64,000 bases of DNA from Phoronis australis (Eukaryota > Animalia > Phoronida): assembly GCA_002633005.1 (NCBI GenBank), contig NMRA01000779.1:1-64000 (forward strand), in the 5' to 3' direction. The translations under genes were made by a program, and so were the position numbers. Positions 1 through 12,637 of this stretch are shown here, in pieces. The first letter of the stretch is position 1; every line of letters begins with the position of its first letter. The notes below the pieces were generated by a model. It saw nothing but the letters and a program-made list of their open reading frames with translations, made no database searches and was not told the origin of the DNA.

Positions 1-891
1 CCCCCAGCAATCCCCCCAAACACAGATTTTTGTACAAAAAAATGCATAGACCAAGGTTTTTACATCTAAGTTTACAAAACAGTCTTCTGTAGTGAGCATT
101 TTTACTAAAAAAAAACTGTGTAGACCAAGACTTTTACAATGCTATCAACCAAGTGTGAGCATAGCAACATTGTATATATACTTTGTATTTCTTCCTGCTT
201 TGAAAAAAGAGCCACCACTGTGAGTCTTCATAGGCTTCCTAGTAATCATTACAATGTGTGTGTGTCCAAATGTGAAAGGTTCCTATTGATAGTGGGCGTC
301 CAAATGATACATTGAGGGTCCTTGCCAGGGCGTCCATGTTAGTGCTAGGAGGTCCATTTGGACGCCCGGGATGTACGCTGCATAAAGGCCTGATGACCAG
401 TACTGGGATTGGTTGTACCGATATTACGTAGTATGTATCGACCAATAAAATGCTTGGTAAGTCAAGATCAGCTAATTAACATATTGTGTCATAATGTTTG
501 TGGGTGTTCTAATTTAACAGCTGATCAACTGGTGAGGTTTTTGATATATAATTGATGATTTTAAGCATTTTAAAGGATGATGTCAACTTGCCAAAACGAA
601 CCTGGCAAAATTCCTTGGTTACCAATTAAAGGATATTGAGCTCTGTGCAGTCAAGGAAATGACGTATGTGGTGGTACTGAAGTCCTGACGTATGTGGTGG
701 TACTGAAGTCCTGACGTCTACAAATGATGCATAGTTGGCAGCTGTAAATGAAAAACCAAAATTCTATATCAGAAGTGGAAAACCTGGGCAGCTGGGCGAA
801 TGTCCGCTGGGACACTGGAAACTGGCAGGGCAGTGTTTTTTCATGGCCAATTCCTACTCTGCACAATATTCTGCCTGGTCTCTGATCCTCA

Positions 892-1102
892 ACAGACAGT
901 GACAGCGCCTCTGGTTCAATATTCTGACCAGTCTCGTCGCCTCAACAGACACTGTCCCTCTGGTCCAACATTCCACCCAGTCTTGGTTCCTTAGCAGACA
1001 CTGTCCCTCTGGTCCAATATTCCGCCCAGTCTAGGCTCCTCAGAAGACACTTGCAGCCCCTCTGCTCCAATATTTCGCCCAGTCTCTGCTCCTCAACAGA
1101 CA
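892..1102. repeat. Degenerate ~50-bp tandem repeat (cagacactgtccctctggtccaatattccgcccagtct...)
   Basis: About 4 diverged copies visible in sequence. Confidence 0.65.
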
Positions 1103-2119
1103 CAGCAAGATGGCTACATTTATTTATTTATCTGTGACAATGTGTACTGTAATAGCATCTCCAGCTTATGGAACTGCTACTGGCTCTAATCCTGACATTG
1201 TCTTCAATTTTTTCTCTCCTTGAAAAATGTCTTGAGCCATGTGTCTGGGTATGTTTGTCAGCTATAGCTGGTGTTAGTTAATCACATGATCTGTTTAATC
1301 ACATAGTCTGTTCAGTGCATCTTAGTGATTCATCGGCCATTTCAAAATTTTAACCATTCCACACTACCAGGGTCAGCCATTACTTTATGTCAAAGTTGTC
1401 CAGTCATACATTAGTAGAAGTGTCCTGTTCCCTAGCGTCACTGTCAAACTCAAGCCACTCATACAAGTAGAAGTGTCCTGTTCCCTAGCGGTCACTATCA
1501 AACTCAAGCCACTCATACAAGTAGTATTGTCCTATTCCATAGCAAATTCATTCAAATGCAAATAACTAAAAATGCACTCATGGAATGTGCCATATGGATT
1601 CGTGAGCGAATTGGTTTCCGGCACTCTCGGAATGAAAAACAATTAACGGGAACCAAGTTGTGTGTTGATAAAGTTTTGATAGTTGTTAACTCAAGTTCTG
1701 GTACTAAACAAAATGTCTCTGACTTAAAGTTACTGGAGATATAATTGCTAGAGTATCCATAGCTGGTTTATTTCACAATAAATATCTTTGACGCCCAAAT
1801 GTGAGGATTGAAACGCTAACTAGGTAAACGAACTCCAACCAGTGAGACATACTCTCACTGCTTTGTAAGGCAAATGGTTCATGTTGTCAAAAGATATGAC
1901 CTATGAACTGAGTTAATCTTCATCACAGGCCCATAGCTTCTAGTCTGCACTTGCCCTTAACCAAATGCTGCTTTGTTTACTTTTAAATTAACCTGTAACA
2001 ATTTGTTCTTTGTGAGTCACTGGTATGTGTAGTACACATCAATTTCTTGTTCTTGGTAAAATGGGAAAACCACCATTATTTCATCATTGTAATACATGTT
2101 TTTCAACTTTGTTCCACAG

Positions 2120-2320
2120 ATGGCAGTGGTGTGAAGGCAAAGGTACTTTGTGCCTACTCTAACTCGGGCTTTGTTCAGAACGGCATCTCAGAGTTCTCTG
2201 AGCCGGCCCAAAGTGGTCGAATTATGCCAGACAACAAGACGGTAGAGTGCCCTCAATCTGCGGGAGACAGTGGTGCAGGCTGCTTCACTGTCTGGAATGG
2301 ATCTGCCATCTTTAGACAGG
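2120..2320 (+). CDS. BMPR2: BMP type II receptor (BMPR2/Wit), ectodomain exon (first in window; signal-peptide exon lies upstream)
   Basis: ttccacag|ATGGC...CAGG|gtgagt, phase 1-1. Encodes LCAY...TVEC...GCFTVW...IFRQ, matching the BMPR2 exon-2 pattern LCAF...TILC...CYGLW...VKQG. Confidence 0.85.
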
Positions 2321-2800
2321 GTGAGTTATGTTGATTTGTCTCAACGAGGTGAGTTGTGTTGATGTGTCTGGTTTTAGGCAGAATGAGTTGTTTTGTTTTG
2401 TTACAACGGGGGTGAGTTTTGTTGGTCGGTCACAGCAGAGTGAGTTGTGTTGGTCGGTCACAGCAGAGTGAGTTGTGTTGATCTGTCACAATGTGTTGTG
2501 TTGATGTGTCACAACGGGGTGAGTTGTGTTGATCGGTCACAGCAGAGTGAGTTGTGTTGATCTGTCACAACAGAGTGAGTTGTGTTGATCTTTCACAACA
2601 GAGTGAGTTATGTTGGTCTGTCAGTCAGGAGAGTGAGTTGTGTTGATCTGTCACAGGAGAGTGAGTTGTGTTGATCTGTCAAAAGTGAGCTGTGTTGATC
2701 TGTCACAGCAGAGTGAGTTGTGTTGGTCTATCACAGGAGATTAATTTGTGTTGATCTGTTACAATAGGGTGAGTTGTGTTGATGTGTCACAACAGAGTCT
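2321..2800 (+). repeat. ~29-bp minisatellite (gtgagttgtgttgatctgtcacagcaga) beginning exactly at the exon donor site
   Basis: About 16 degenerate copies, most containing GTGAGT. Confidence 0.85.
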
Positions 2801-4879
2801 GAATTGCTGCTGAGTTATAGTACTGTGATTCTGTTTTAACACTGATGATGGTTTAAGCAGTATTTGAAATGAAACATTTGTTAGTATATTTATGTGAATA
2901 TGTTTGTAACCTTCCAGCTATTACTTGGTGAAATTTTTTTTTGCCAAGTATGTTGCTCTGTCACTGTTTTTTTGTTTGATACAGGGTGTAATTTTCGTCC
3001 TATCGTCACAAAATTTACTCACAACATGTAGTTTTGGAAGTACTGGAAGCCTATTATTTTTCGTCCTAATCAGATCCAAGATGGCGGACGTGGCAGCCAT
3101 TTTGTTTTCAATTTCAAATTCAAGTGCTCCTGGAGGCTACAATTTTTGACATACAAAACTGAAAATCGACACTACTATTTTACCAGACATGTGCTAAATG
3201 TGCACCGGAAATTGTTTACTTCCGGTTCAAGGTGGTGGAAATATTGGCAATTGCGCATGTGTACCTGATTTCGGGCTAAAAACGTTTTCTCGTGTAGAGG
3301 GCACATTATAAGATCAATTGCTTCGAAACTTTTCAGTTATTAGTTTCCTTTGACATGCTAGTATGCAATGCTAAGAGACCGGAAGTTGCTTTCAAGATGG
3401 CGGATCTGAAGCATTTTGACCCATTTTCAGTCGTGCTGGGGTGCCATTTTAAACAGGAAGAAAAAATGACGTGAATTTTTGCACGTGGATTCTCTGAGGT
3501 ATATTCTTTCAAGTGACCTGCAGCAATTTTTTCTCAGACTTACTGTTTTCGAGTTGACTTTGAATTTCAAAAAAACCCGCAAAATTTCATTTTTTTGAAA
3601 AATTTACAGAATTTTGCGATACTATCTCTTTAGATAGTTTTGAACTGGCTTTCAGAAGATATTTTCTATTTTTCGCTAGGCTGTCTATACTTTTTGAATG
3701 TTGATGTTGGTTTAGCTTCTATTGAACAAGACTGTAGCCTGTTTCTTACTGATTTATGACATCTAAGTTCGTCATATGAATGTTATGGTGTTGTTCATCA
3801 TCATCACCATCGTCATCATATTGGTCATCTTGGTCATCTTGGTCATCTTGGTCATCATCTCCGTCGTCGTCTTCAGTTAATTTCGCCAAGTGTCCCTCAA
3901 GACTGTAGCCTATTTCTTACTGATTTCTGACCTCTACGTTCGTCATATGAATGTTATCATTACTTGTATTGTTCATCATTGCCACCATCATCGTTGTATT
4001 CATCATCTTCGTCATTTCTCTATAGTCGTCTTTCTGTTAATTTCTCTAGGTTTCGCTCCTCGGAGCGCTTTCATTGAATTTTTTCCTCAACTGAAAAGAC
4101 TAAGAATCAAAGATCATGTAGTTTTTATCAGCTTTGATTTTCGTGAGCTTCAAATGAAACTTCACACTTCATTACTTTTCCAGTATATTTTTACATTTAC
4201 GAGCAGGGCTAGACATGTAAATGATCATTTTAACTCTAAACTGAGACCAAGAAACAAGATGAAGTTGTATAGTTACAGAGACCAGTTAAGAAACTGAATT
4301 TTCAGTAACATATTGCACTTAAGTCTCACTACTGATATGGTGGACAATGGACACTGCAGTTTTCTCTGCAACTAAAATAATTTTATTTCTGTTCCTGTGC
4401 CCACTGTTCAGCTGAGTGCCTGCCTTCTACTATTAATAATTTTCACGGCACTGCTCACCCACTGCTCACCCACTGCTTGGCCACTGCTCGCCCACGGCTC
4501 TGATTAGTGCTCACCTATACTTTACTTCATATAGTTAGTTGACTTTCGAAACAGTGAGGCACGTTTTCAAATGCAGAAACTGGGTGTGTTTTGTAGCAAA
4601 GGAAGCTAGTATATTCAAGTGCTTCACTAATGCTAGTTGGCGTTATCTCAAAGTCTTGTGTTTATACGAGGTTCTCCCATCTACAGAACGCAGACCTTAG
4701 AATCAATTTCACCTGTAGGTACGTCTTCGCCAGTGTCGCCTATTTTTAGTGTCTTCTGCACTGCTTTAAAGACAGGCACATTGTTGAAACTGACATTGGT
4801 GAAGGTGAAAATCATCTACTGTTTCTCAACTATGCTTCAACAAACTCGAAGTGACAGGTGCTCTACTCTTGACATTCTC

Positions 4880-5309
4880 TGGTTGTCCTATTGTTTGTTC
4901 ATGTATGACCTGTATTCAGTGGTTGTCCTATTATGTGTTCATGTATGACCTGTATTCAGCGGTTGTCCTATTGTTTATTCATGTATGACCTGTATTCAGT
5001 GGTTGTCCTATTGTTTGTTCATGTATGACCTGTATTCAGTGGTTATCCTATTGTTTGTTCATGTATGATCTGTATTCAGTGGTTGTCTTATTGTTTGTTC
5101 ATGTATGACCTGTATTCAGTGGTTGTCCTATTGTTTGTTCATGTATGACCTGTATTCAGTGGTTGTCNCATGTATGACCTGTATTCGTGGTTGTCCTATT
5201 GTTTGTTCGTGTATGACCTGTATTTAGTGGTTGTCCTATTGTTTGTTCATGTATGACCTGTATTCAGTGGTTGTCCTGTTGTTTGTTCATGTATGACCTG
5301 TATTCAGTA
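4880..5309. repeat. 40-bp tandem repeat (ttgtttgttcatgtatgacctgtattcagtggttgtccta)
   Basis: About 10 near-identical copies; single N at 5168. Confidence 0.95.
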
Positions 5310-5688
5310 CCAAGTCCCGTAACATGTTGAGGCTAACTTATTTTTTCCATGTATGACATGTTTTCAGTGCTATCGGAGTAAATTAGAATCGCCCAATAAT
5401 GGAATTCTGCTCTCAGTCAAGGTATTTTGATGCTTTAGTTTTTATTTCATGCGAAACTATTTTATGCAAGTCTGCTATGCAGTGATGTGTGTACACCCCC
5501 CCCAATCTCTTTTTCCTTTCAATCGTTAACTAGAAGTATAAACTTCTAATATCTGGTGTACTATGATTCTGTATGTCAGCACTGACAATGGTTGAAGTTC
5601 TACCTTAAATGTTGTTTATGTGTTGATTTAAATAATTGTGTTTATTAACCTGTTCATCATTACCTCCCTCTTGACCATAAAATGCTAG

Positions 5689-6790
5689 TTGAAATACACA
5701 AATCTCCTTGAAGAATGTAAAAATGCAGGATGGCAAACAGTACTGTTCCTTGTTGAAGTTGGCAGTAGAGGCTTCATCTACAAATCATTAAAGTAGGCTG
5801 CTCCTTGAGGTCCCCAAAGAAATCAAAAAACAAACATACCAAACGACCTCTCAGACAGCTCTCACATGTAGCTATATGATATATTTATCAAGAAACAACA
5901 ACTAATTTACGGAATGGCAACTCTGCAACATTTTTAAGCCAGTGATTGAAATGCAAAGAAGAGGTGAAACTATTCACAATCATGACTCAACAGAGAACCC
6001 TATACAATCAGCTACTTCGTCATCCCCGATATTAAGGAAGACGCAAAAAAATCAACAAAAGATAAAAGATTTGGTCTTCCGCAATGTGGAAACACGTGTT
6101 TTGTGAACTCTGCACTCCAAGCTATCTTTTCATGTAAACTCAACTGGCACAAATACAATATCAACAAGAAAAACAATATGAAAACCATCCTTGTGAAGAC
6201 ATATGAAGCAACCAAAAGGTATACATCAACTCCGTCTGAAATTTTGAATAAACTAAGATTACAGAACAACTCTCTTGTTAACGGAAGTCAACAGGATGCC
6301 CATGAGTTTTTACTATGGTTACTATGGTTACTGAACCAATGGTACATAGACACACTTGCGTACAACGCTGATAATCTGTTAAATCGTCATCATGGGAATG
6401 AATAAATTTTGATGACTCTACAGTCATAAGTACATCCAAGCCTCCCCTGGATGCCTACATTGCAATATATGAATTATCTTCTGAAATCCAACAAAGGAAG
6501 TCAACGTAAAAATATGGCACACTTTCAACATAGACGTCGCACATCACATCTGATGCAAACAAGTCAAGATATTTTTGAAATTCATCCTGGTATAGGAATT
6601 GGGCATAGTTAGGCCTATAAAAGATCTTAAACCCAGCCGCAGAGCGTCTAAAGCCGCGCACCGTACCAGTGACTGCTGGCAACTCATCGGAGACACAACT
6701 TTAACATCCTTCGCCGCAGAGATAACAACTCTTAGGCTGTCTCCGGTGAGTCCATTCATTCTTGAATGATGTTTAGGTAAAAGAATACAT
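5689..6790 (+). mobile_element. Decayed 3' fragment of an RLE-type non-LTR retrotransposon followed by a degenerate USP/peptidase C19 domain and a structured 3' region
   Basis: 5692-5796 reads KYTNLLEECKNAGWQTVLFLVEVGSRGFIYKSL (RLE C-terminal motif). 6070-6320 reads FGLPQCGNTCFVNSALQ...QQDAHEFL. ~6395-6480 reads WE*INFDDSTV...AYIAIYE. Stops and frameshifts are present. Confidence 0.7.
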
Positions 6791-7460
6791 AACCAACATT
6801 AGACATTTTCACTCATCAATATGTCATTCTGCCTGGGCATACAGCATCTAGCGTAAGTGTTTTGACAAAGTTTTTCAATCGCTCTAGTTGCAAAATTAGA
6901 GCAGCGCGGGCAAGTGGAGGGAGTTTGTGCTTAAATTTATACTTTGCATCCATTGACTTAGATGAAATTGTTGTGGTAGATCAGTCCTAGAATTATGGGT
7001 ATTTTCAATTCCTATTTCAAGTTGCATGCTTAGCTACTGGAATACACGAGTTTGTTAAAGAGTGCTTACGTAAAAAGCGTCAGCAACTAGCCTTGCATCA
7101 AATCCTTTGAATGTTGGATCTGTGGACTGTATTGTTAAGTGTTAGGTGAAGATGATTGAGTGGCTTGGATTAAGTGGATTATGCATCCATGTAAGTGCCT
7201 ATCTTATCCTATGTTAAGCAACCCACAGTTGTTGAAATGTCTCAGGTCTGATTTAAGCTCCCATTTCTAGGTTCAGCACCCCTAACCTGATTTCCAGAAT
7301 CACCAGTTTAAGTACGCAGATTGTTAATTTGAATGTTTATCGTATTTTAAATGAGTAAATGAGAGCTTTTTGTAATTATTAAATCGACACATAAAAAACA
7401 AGTAACAAATTACATAGCATTGAATGATGGCATAGCCTGTTTCTAAACAGGTTGGTATAT

Positions 7461-7787
7461 GCAGGTCGTTGGCCAATCAAACATATGTCACAAGTACTGC
7501 TAAGCAGGCCGTTGGCCAGTCAGACATGTCGCAAGTACTGCTAAGCAGATCGTTAACATGTCACAAGTACTGCTAAGCAGGTCGTGGGCTAATCAAACAT
7601 GTCGCAAGTACTGCTAAGCTGGTTATTGGCCAATCAAACATGCCGCAAGTACTGCCAAGCAGGTCGTAGGCCAATCAAACATGTCGCAAGTACTGCTAAG
7701 CAGGTCACGGGCCAATCAAACATGTCGCAAGTACGCCTAAGCAGGTCGTTGGCCAATCAAACGTGTCGCAAGTACTGCTAAGCAGGC
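7461..7787. repeat. ~41-bp tandem repeat (gcaggtcgttggccaatcaaacatgtcgcaagtactgctaa)
   Basis: About 8 copies. Confidence 0.9.
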
Positions 7788-7899
7788 TGCATAAACATGT
7801 TAAAAACAGGTAGTGGAGAACGGTGCATTTTATTTTCTCATATTTCCATAAAAGACACCTAGCTGCGTTCTAGTTCTGCAACATAGCTACTACCTCACA

Positions 7900-9120
7900 A
7901 TTCTGTAACATTACTGCTGACAGTTTTGTAACATTACTGCTAACCGACAGTTCTGTAACATTACTGCTAACCGACAGTTCTGTAACATTAGTGCTAACTG
8001 ACAGCTGTGTAACATTACTGTTAACCGACAGTTCTGTAACATTACTGCTAACCGACAGTTCTGTAACATTACTGCTAACCGACAGTTCTGTAACATTACT
8101 GCTAACCGACAGTTCTGTAACATTACTGCTAACCGACAGTTCTGTAACATTACTGCTAACCGACAGTTCTGTAACATTACTGCTAACCGACAGTTCTGTA
8201 ACATTACTGCTAACCGACAGTTCTGTAACATTACTGCTAACCGACAGTTCTGTAACATTACTGCTTACCGACAGTTCTGTAACATTAGTGCTAACTGACA
8301 GCTGTGTAACATTACTGCTAACCGACAGTTCTGTAACATTACTGCTTACCGACAGTTCTGTAACATTACTGCTAACCGACAGTTCTGTAACATTACTGCT
8401 TACCGACAGTTCTGTAACATTAGTGCTAACTGACAGCTGTGTAACATTACTGCTAACCGACAGTTCTGTAACATTACTGCTAACCGACAGTTCTGTAACA
8501 TTACTGCTAACCGACAGTTCTGTAACATTACTGCTAACCGACAGTTCTGTAACATTACTGCTTACCGACAGTTCTGTAACATTAGTGCTAACCGACAGTT
8601 CTGTAACATTACTGCTTACCGACAGTTCTGTAACATTAGTGCTAACTGACAGCTGTGTAACATTACTGCTAACCGACAGTTCTGTAACATTACTGCTAAC
8701 CGACAGTTCTGTAACATTACTGCTAACCGACAGTTCTGTAACATTACTGCTAACCGACAGTTCTGTAACATTACTGCTTACCGACAGTTCTGTAACATTA
8801 CTGCTAACCGACAGTTCTGTAACATTACTGCTTACCGACAGTTCTGTAACATTAGTGCTAACTGACAGCTGTGTAACATTACTGCTAACCGACAGTTCTG
8901 TAACATTACTGCTAACCGACAGTTCTGTAACATTACTGCTAACCGACAGTTCTGTAACATTACTGCTAACCGACAGTTCTGTAACATTACTGCTTACCGA
9001 CAGTTCTGTAACATTACTGCTTACCGACAGTTCTGTAACATTAGTGCTAACTGACAGCTGTGTAACATTACTGCTAACCGACAGTTCTGTAACATTACTG
9101 CTAACCGACAGTTCTATAAC
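7900..9120. repeat. 27-bp minisatellite (gacagttctgtaacattactgctaacc), ~45 copies
   Basis: Near-perfect array with a recurring variant unit (agtgctaactgacagctgtg). The long ORFs on both strands arise because the unit is a multiple of 3. Confidence 0.97.
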
Positions 9121-9382
9121 GTCGCTACTTTCGACAATTTTTAACATAGAAGTAAACATTCGTTGTTAGAACGTCTTGGAAAATGAAAGAATGATAATTT
9201 TGACAATCATATTTGAAAGAAATGAGTGAGGTATTATCCGAAGGTTTGGTAGCTTGTTTCTTAACTCTTCAGCTTTGATAAATTGGTTTCTTGTTCAGTT
9301 AATCTCTCAAGCTTGGTATTTGAACAAAAGTGGTTGTGTAGCAATTGATACACATTCATTGTATCTGTTGTGTGTCTTACTT

Positions 9383-9782
9383 TGTCAAATAGGAACTACA
9401 CAGTGAAACGAACAGAACTCAACTGAACACTGAACTGATTTATTTTACATATCACAACTATATACGGGTATATATACACAACTACATAACAACATATGAT
9501 GCATTACCAATTACACACTTCCTTTACCAAGAATCGCTTGACATAATACCAATTAAACTAATGAACTCGTAAACAATAACAACCTACAAACATCCTGTTT
9601 AAGTATCCATGTAAAGTTTAACTTCTCAAGTCTTGATTTGTGGCTCATTGCTGGAGGGCACCAGTACAGTAGTGTCAACTGGTGCCTCCAGGGGGTGTTG
9701 TTGGCAAGATGTGTTCTGCTGTTCATTCTGGAAATTGTACCCAAAATGATTATTGAAGTTCAATAAAGAGGTTGACGTGACA
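9383..9782 (-). mobile_element. Possible solo LTR
   Basis: TGTCA...TGACA ends; TATA-like and AATAAA motifs on the minus strand; no TSD found. Confidence 0.3.
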
Positions 9783-10646
9783 CATTACAGTGACAATAAA
9801 CTTACCCCGTACCTTCCATCACATAACTACCTTATTCTTTATTGTACCCCACTTACATACTTCTTCATTACTGTCTCAAATTGTTAGTTAGTCAAATAAC
9901 CAACTGTTCTTTTCAAATCTAGAAATCACTCTGTGTAAGGAACTTGTTGCGACTGGGGTAAGTTGTCATAATCAATCAAACATTTGCTTCTTAGTCAGTA
10001 CAAGGTAAAATGGCTTTAAAAAGAATGTTAGACTCGCATGTTTGATATGCGTTCAGACATCTTTAGTCACTGTATTGTTGTCAGGTGTATTATGTTGTTA
10101 AGTAGACCTGTGTTGTTTGATCACTTTTCCTGACAAATATTTTGTTCAACTTTTACAACTGTTGTCCTATGGTTTCCTTGTGGCAGCATTGTTAGTTACA
10201 AGGGATAAACATGTGGTGTGCAGGACTTGGGTTAAATTGTGGTTATTGAGAGACACAAGCTGAATGACTGTCTCTGGTGCTGGCATGAGGGGAGGAGTGT
10301 GGTGGGTTATTGAGAGACACAAGTTGAGTGATTGTCATTGGTCCTGGCGTGAGGGGAGGAGTGTGGTGGGTTATTGAGAGACACAAGCTGAGTGACTGTC
10401 CTGTGACCTGACTTCAGGGGAAGAGTATTGTGGAGCAGTCGGTCCTTTCTGATCATCTCTTGTTGAAGTGACGACACTGAATATTTTAAATGTAGAAAGA
10501 CTTTATTTTGCTACTGACATCTTTCCATTAATTCAATGTTATTTTACATTTTTAATGTCCAAGTATTCTCTATTTCTCATTTGTCTTCTCAAAGCTGTTG
10601 CCAAGCAACGATTTCAATAATTTAATGCTGTGGAAGCTGGTGTGTA

Positions 10647-10746
10647 TTTGAACGACACTTTTTGAATGACACTTTTTGAACGGCACTTTTTGAACGGCAC
10701 TTTTTGAACGACACTTTTTGAACGACACTTTTTGAACGACACTTTT
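10647..10746. repeat. Short-unit tandem repeat (tttttgaacgacac-like unit)
   Basis: 6-7 copies. Confidence 0.85.
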
Positions 10747-10909
10747 AACATATTAATCTTTCCATCACCTGTTAATCACTGCAGTTTCTGCGCATCTCAT
10801 GGTAACATCACCGTCCTCTTCTCAATAAAGAAGAAAAATTAGTCACCAGGTGTTGAAGTAGCCTCAGTTTTATTGTAGTGCAATCTGTAGTCTCACTGTT
10901 TTGTTGTAG

Positions 10910-11077
10910 ACTGTTGGTCATGTGATCCTAAGGATTGTACAAGCCAGTGCATAAACAAGGATACGAGGTCTTCCCAACTATCATTTTGCTCCTGCATAGG
11001 ACACCTCTGTAACGCCAACTTTACTGACGACTACAATGCTTCTATGAATACACCCACCAAACCTCCGACCCACCCTG
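10910..11077 (+). CDS. BMPR2: BMPR2 ectodomain exon (Cys box); not in ORF track
   Basis: ttgttgtag|AC TGT TGG...CCT G|gtaaga, phase 1-1. Encodes CWSCDPKDCTSQCINKDTRSSQLSFCSCIGHLCNANFT (activin-receptor-type C-x-C-x4-CN box). Confidence 0.85.
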
Positions 11078-12637
11078 GTAAGATGGTGTTATTTCTTTTA
11101 TGTGTTCTTGTTTAGTACTTCTTCACTCAAAGATGGTATAGGGTAGAGTTCAGTAGCTCTCTCATGACTAGAAAAATCTAACCAAAATCATGTGTTCTAA
11201 TTTAAAATACACAACAATATCTCACGTAATCTCTCAAAGTCTTGCTTTTTAGCGAGGTCCTAGCGTTAATGAACACTACCTAACTATTTATATGGAACCA
11301 CACATTTTCTTTGGATCATTTAACATTTGATTTAGTTTGTCCTTTTTCAGGCTATCCTGTCCAACCAAAAATCAGGGTTTCTCTCTTGTAAACCCAATTT
11401 TGTGGTTTAAATCATACTGTTAGGGAGAGTATGCCATTTCTTGTTTTGTTGTGGTGAGTGGCCTTGGTTTACCCAGGCGTCACTCAACTCGAGAAACTGA
11501 AAAGAACTGTTTTCACTTACAGTTTGGAGGTAGCTCTGTGCTATTGTACAATAGGTCTTTGTGGGTCAAACTGGTGTATGATAAGTTAGTGGATATTTGA
11601 ACCTTTATTTGTTCAAAACATACTTTACATATACAAGGACATTAAGCAATTACAATAGAACAGAAATCTGACATTTGTTTACGCTACTAATAAGTGGCAA
11701 GAAATAAATAATGTTTCATAATGATGTTTGACAAAAATATTTATGATAGCAGTGACCTCTAGTGGTCTTATAGCAAATTTCCTACTCAGTCTCCACCTTG
11801 TGGGCCAAACCTAAACAAATGTTTACTGTGCTAATATTTCAATGTCGCATTTATTCATGTCCATTATTATTTTCATCAATTTTACATTGTTGTGGCAAAT
11901 TGGTAACACTTTGTAAAATAGGTCTATCTTTCTGAATAACAATAAAGTTGTTCTCATCAGCCTACACCCAAGCATTGGGCACAAAGCTTTTGATGACTGC
12001 AGATCAGTGCCTGAGTGTTACTTGTGACTTTTACTGGGTCAAGAATATTGCTGCACTTTTTATGTAAACAATACTGTTTTGTCTACAAATTTGTGAAAAC
12101 AATGTTTCTTTAACGCATGACGTCCCAACCATGTAATTGTTATTCTTATGTAAAACTTGATATATAAGGTGAAATAATGCATTTTTGGAAACAGTTTAAA
12201 ATGCAACGACGTCAGAAAAGAAAACCATTTAATGAAAACATTGGATAATTAATGCTGTGAATATTCGTACTATTGAATGTGAATAATTATTAATCACAAC
12301 TTCATGACCTTGCTGAAAAATGGTTTTCTCTGGCTCCCTCTGTTGGACAGTACGGTAGATGTGTAATATTTTGCACCTGAAGTCTGTTTCATGAAAAGAC
12401 TTAGGACACAAATTTGATCTTACGCTCCACATAACTATTTCTGAAAAATAATTTAAACTGACTTTAGCAAAAGAATAAAGTATCTGAGAATATACCCATA
12501 ATTGTTAATTGCTGAGTAAATTTGTGCAAATTATTGCACTCATTGATGTGCCAGTAATCACGTGACTAAAGCTTTATGTAGTAGTTATGAAGCGGGAACG
12601 GTGGATCGCTACAACAAATTACTGCACAAAGTCTCAA

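Noticed and set aside
2980-3780. Interspersed-repeat-like segment with caagatggcgg motifs
   Set aside because: Looks like a non-autonomous element, but no termini or TSD could be established.
5368-5421. Possible 54-bp cassette exon (ttttcag|TGCTAT...AAG|gtattt) in BMPR2
   Set aside because: Open only in phase 0, whereas the flanking exons need phase 1, which gives an early TAA; at best a poison exon.
6070-6480. Functional host USP gene nested in the intron
   Set aside because: Stops, frameshifts, missing GHY catalytic His segment and no introns; interpreted as decayed transposon cargo.
4880-9120. Tandem arrays as CRISPR arrays
   Set aside because: No unique spacers, no cas genes, and a eukaryotic intron context.
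7870-9169. 429-aa and 392-aa ORFs
   Set aside because: By-products of a 27-bp (9-codon) minisatellite inside a BMPR2 intron; little synonymous-type divergence and no splice or signal context.
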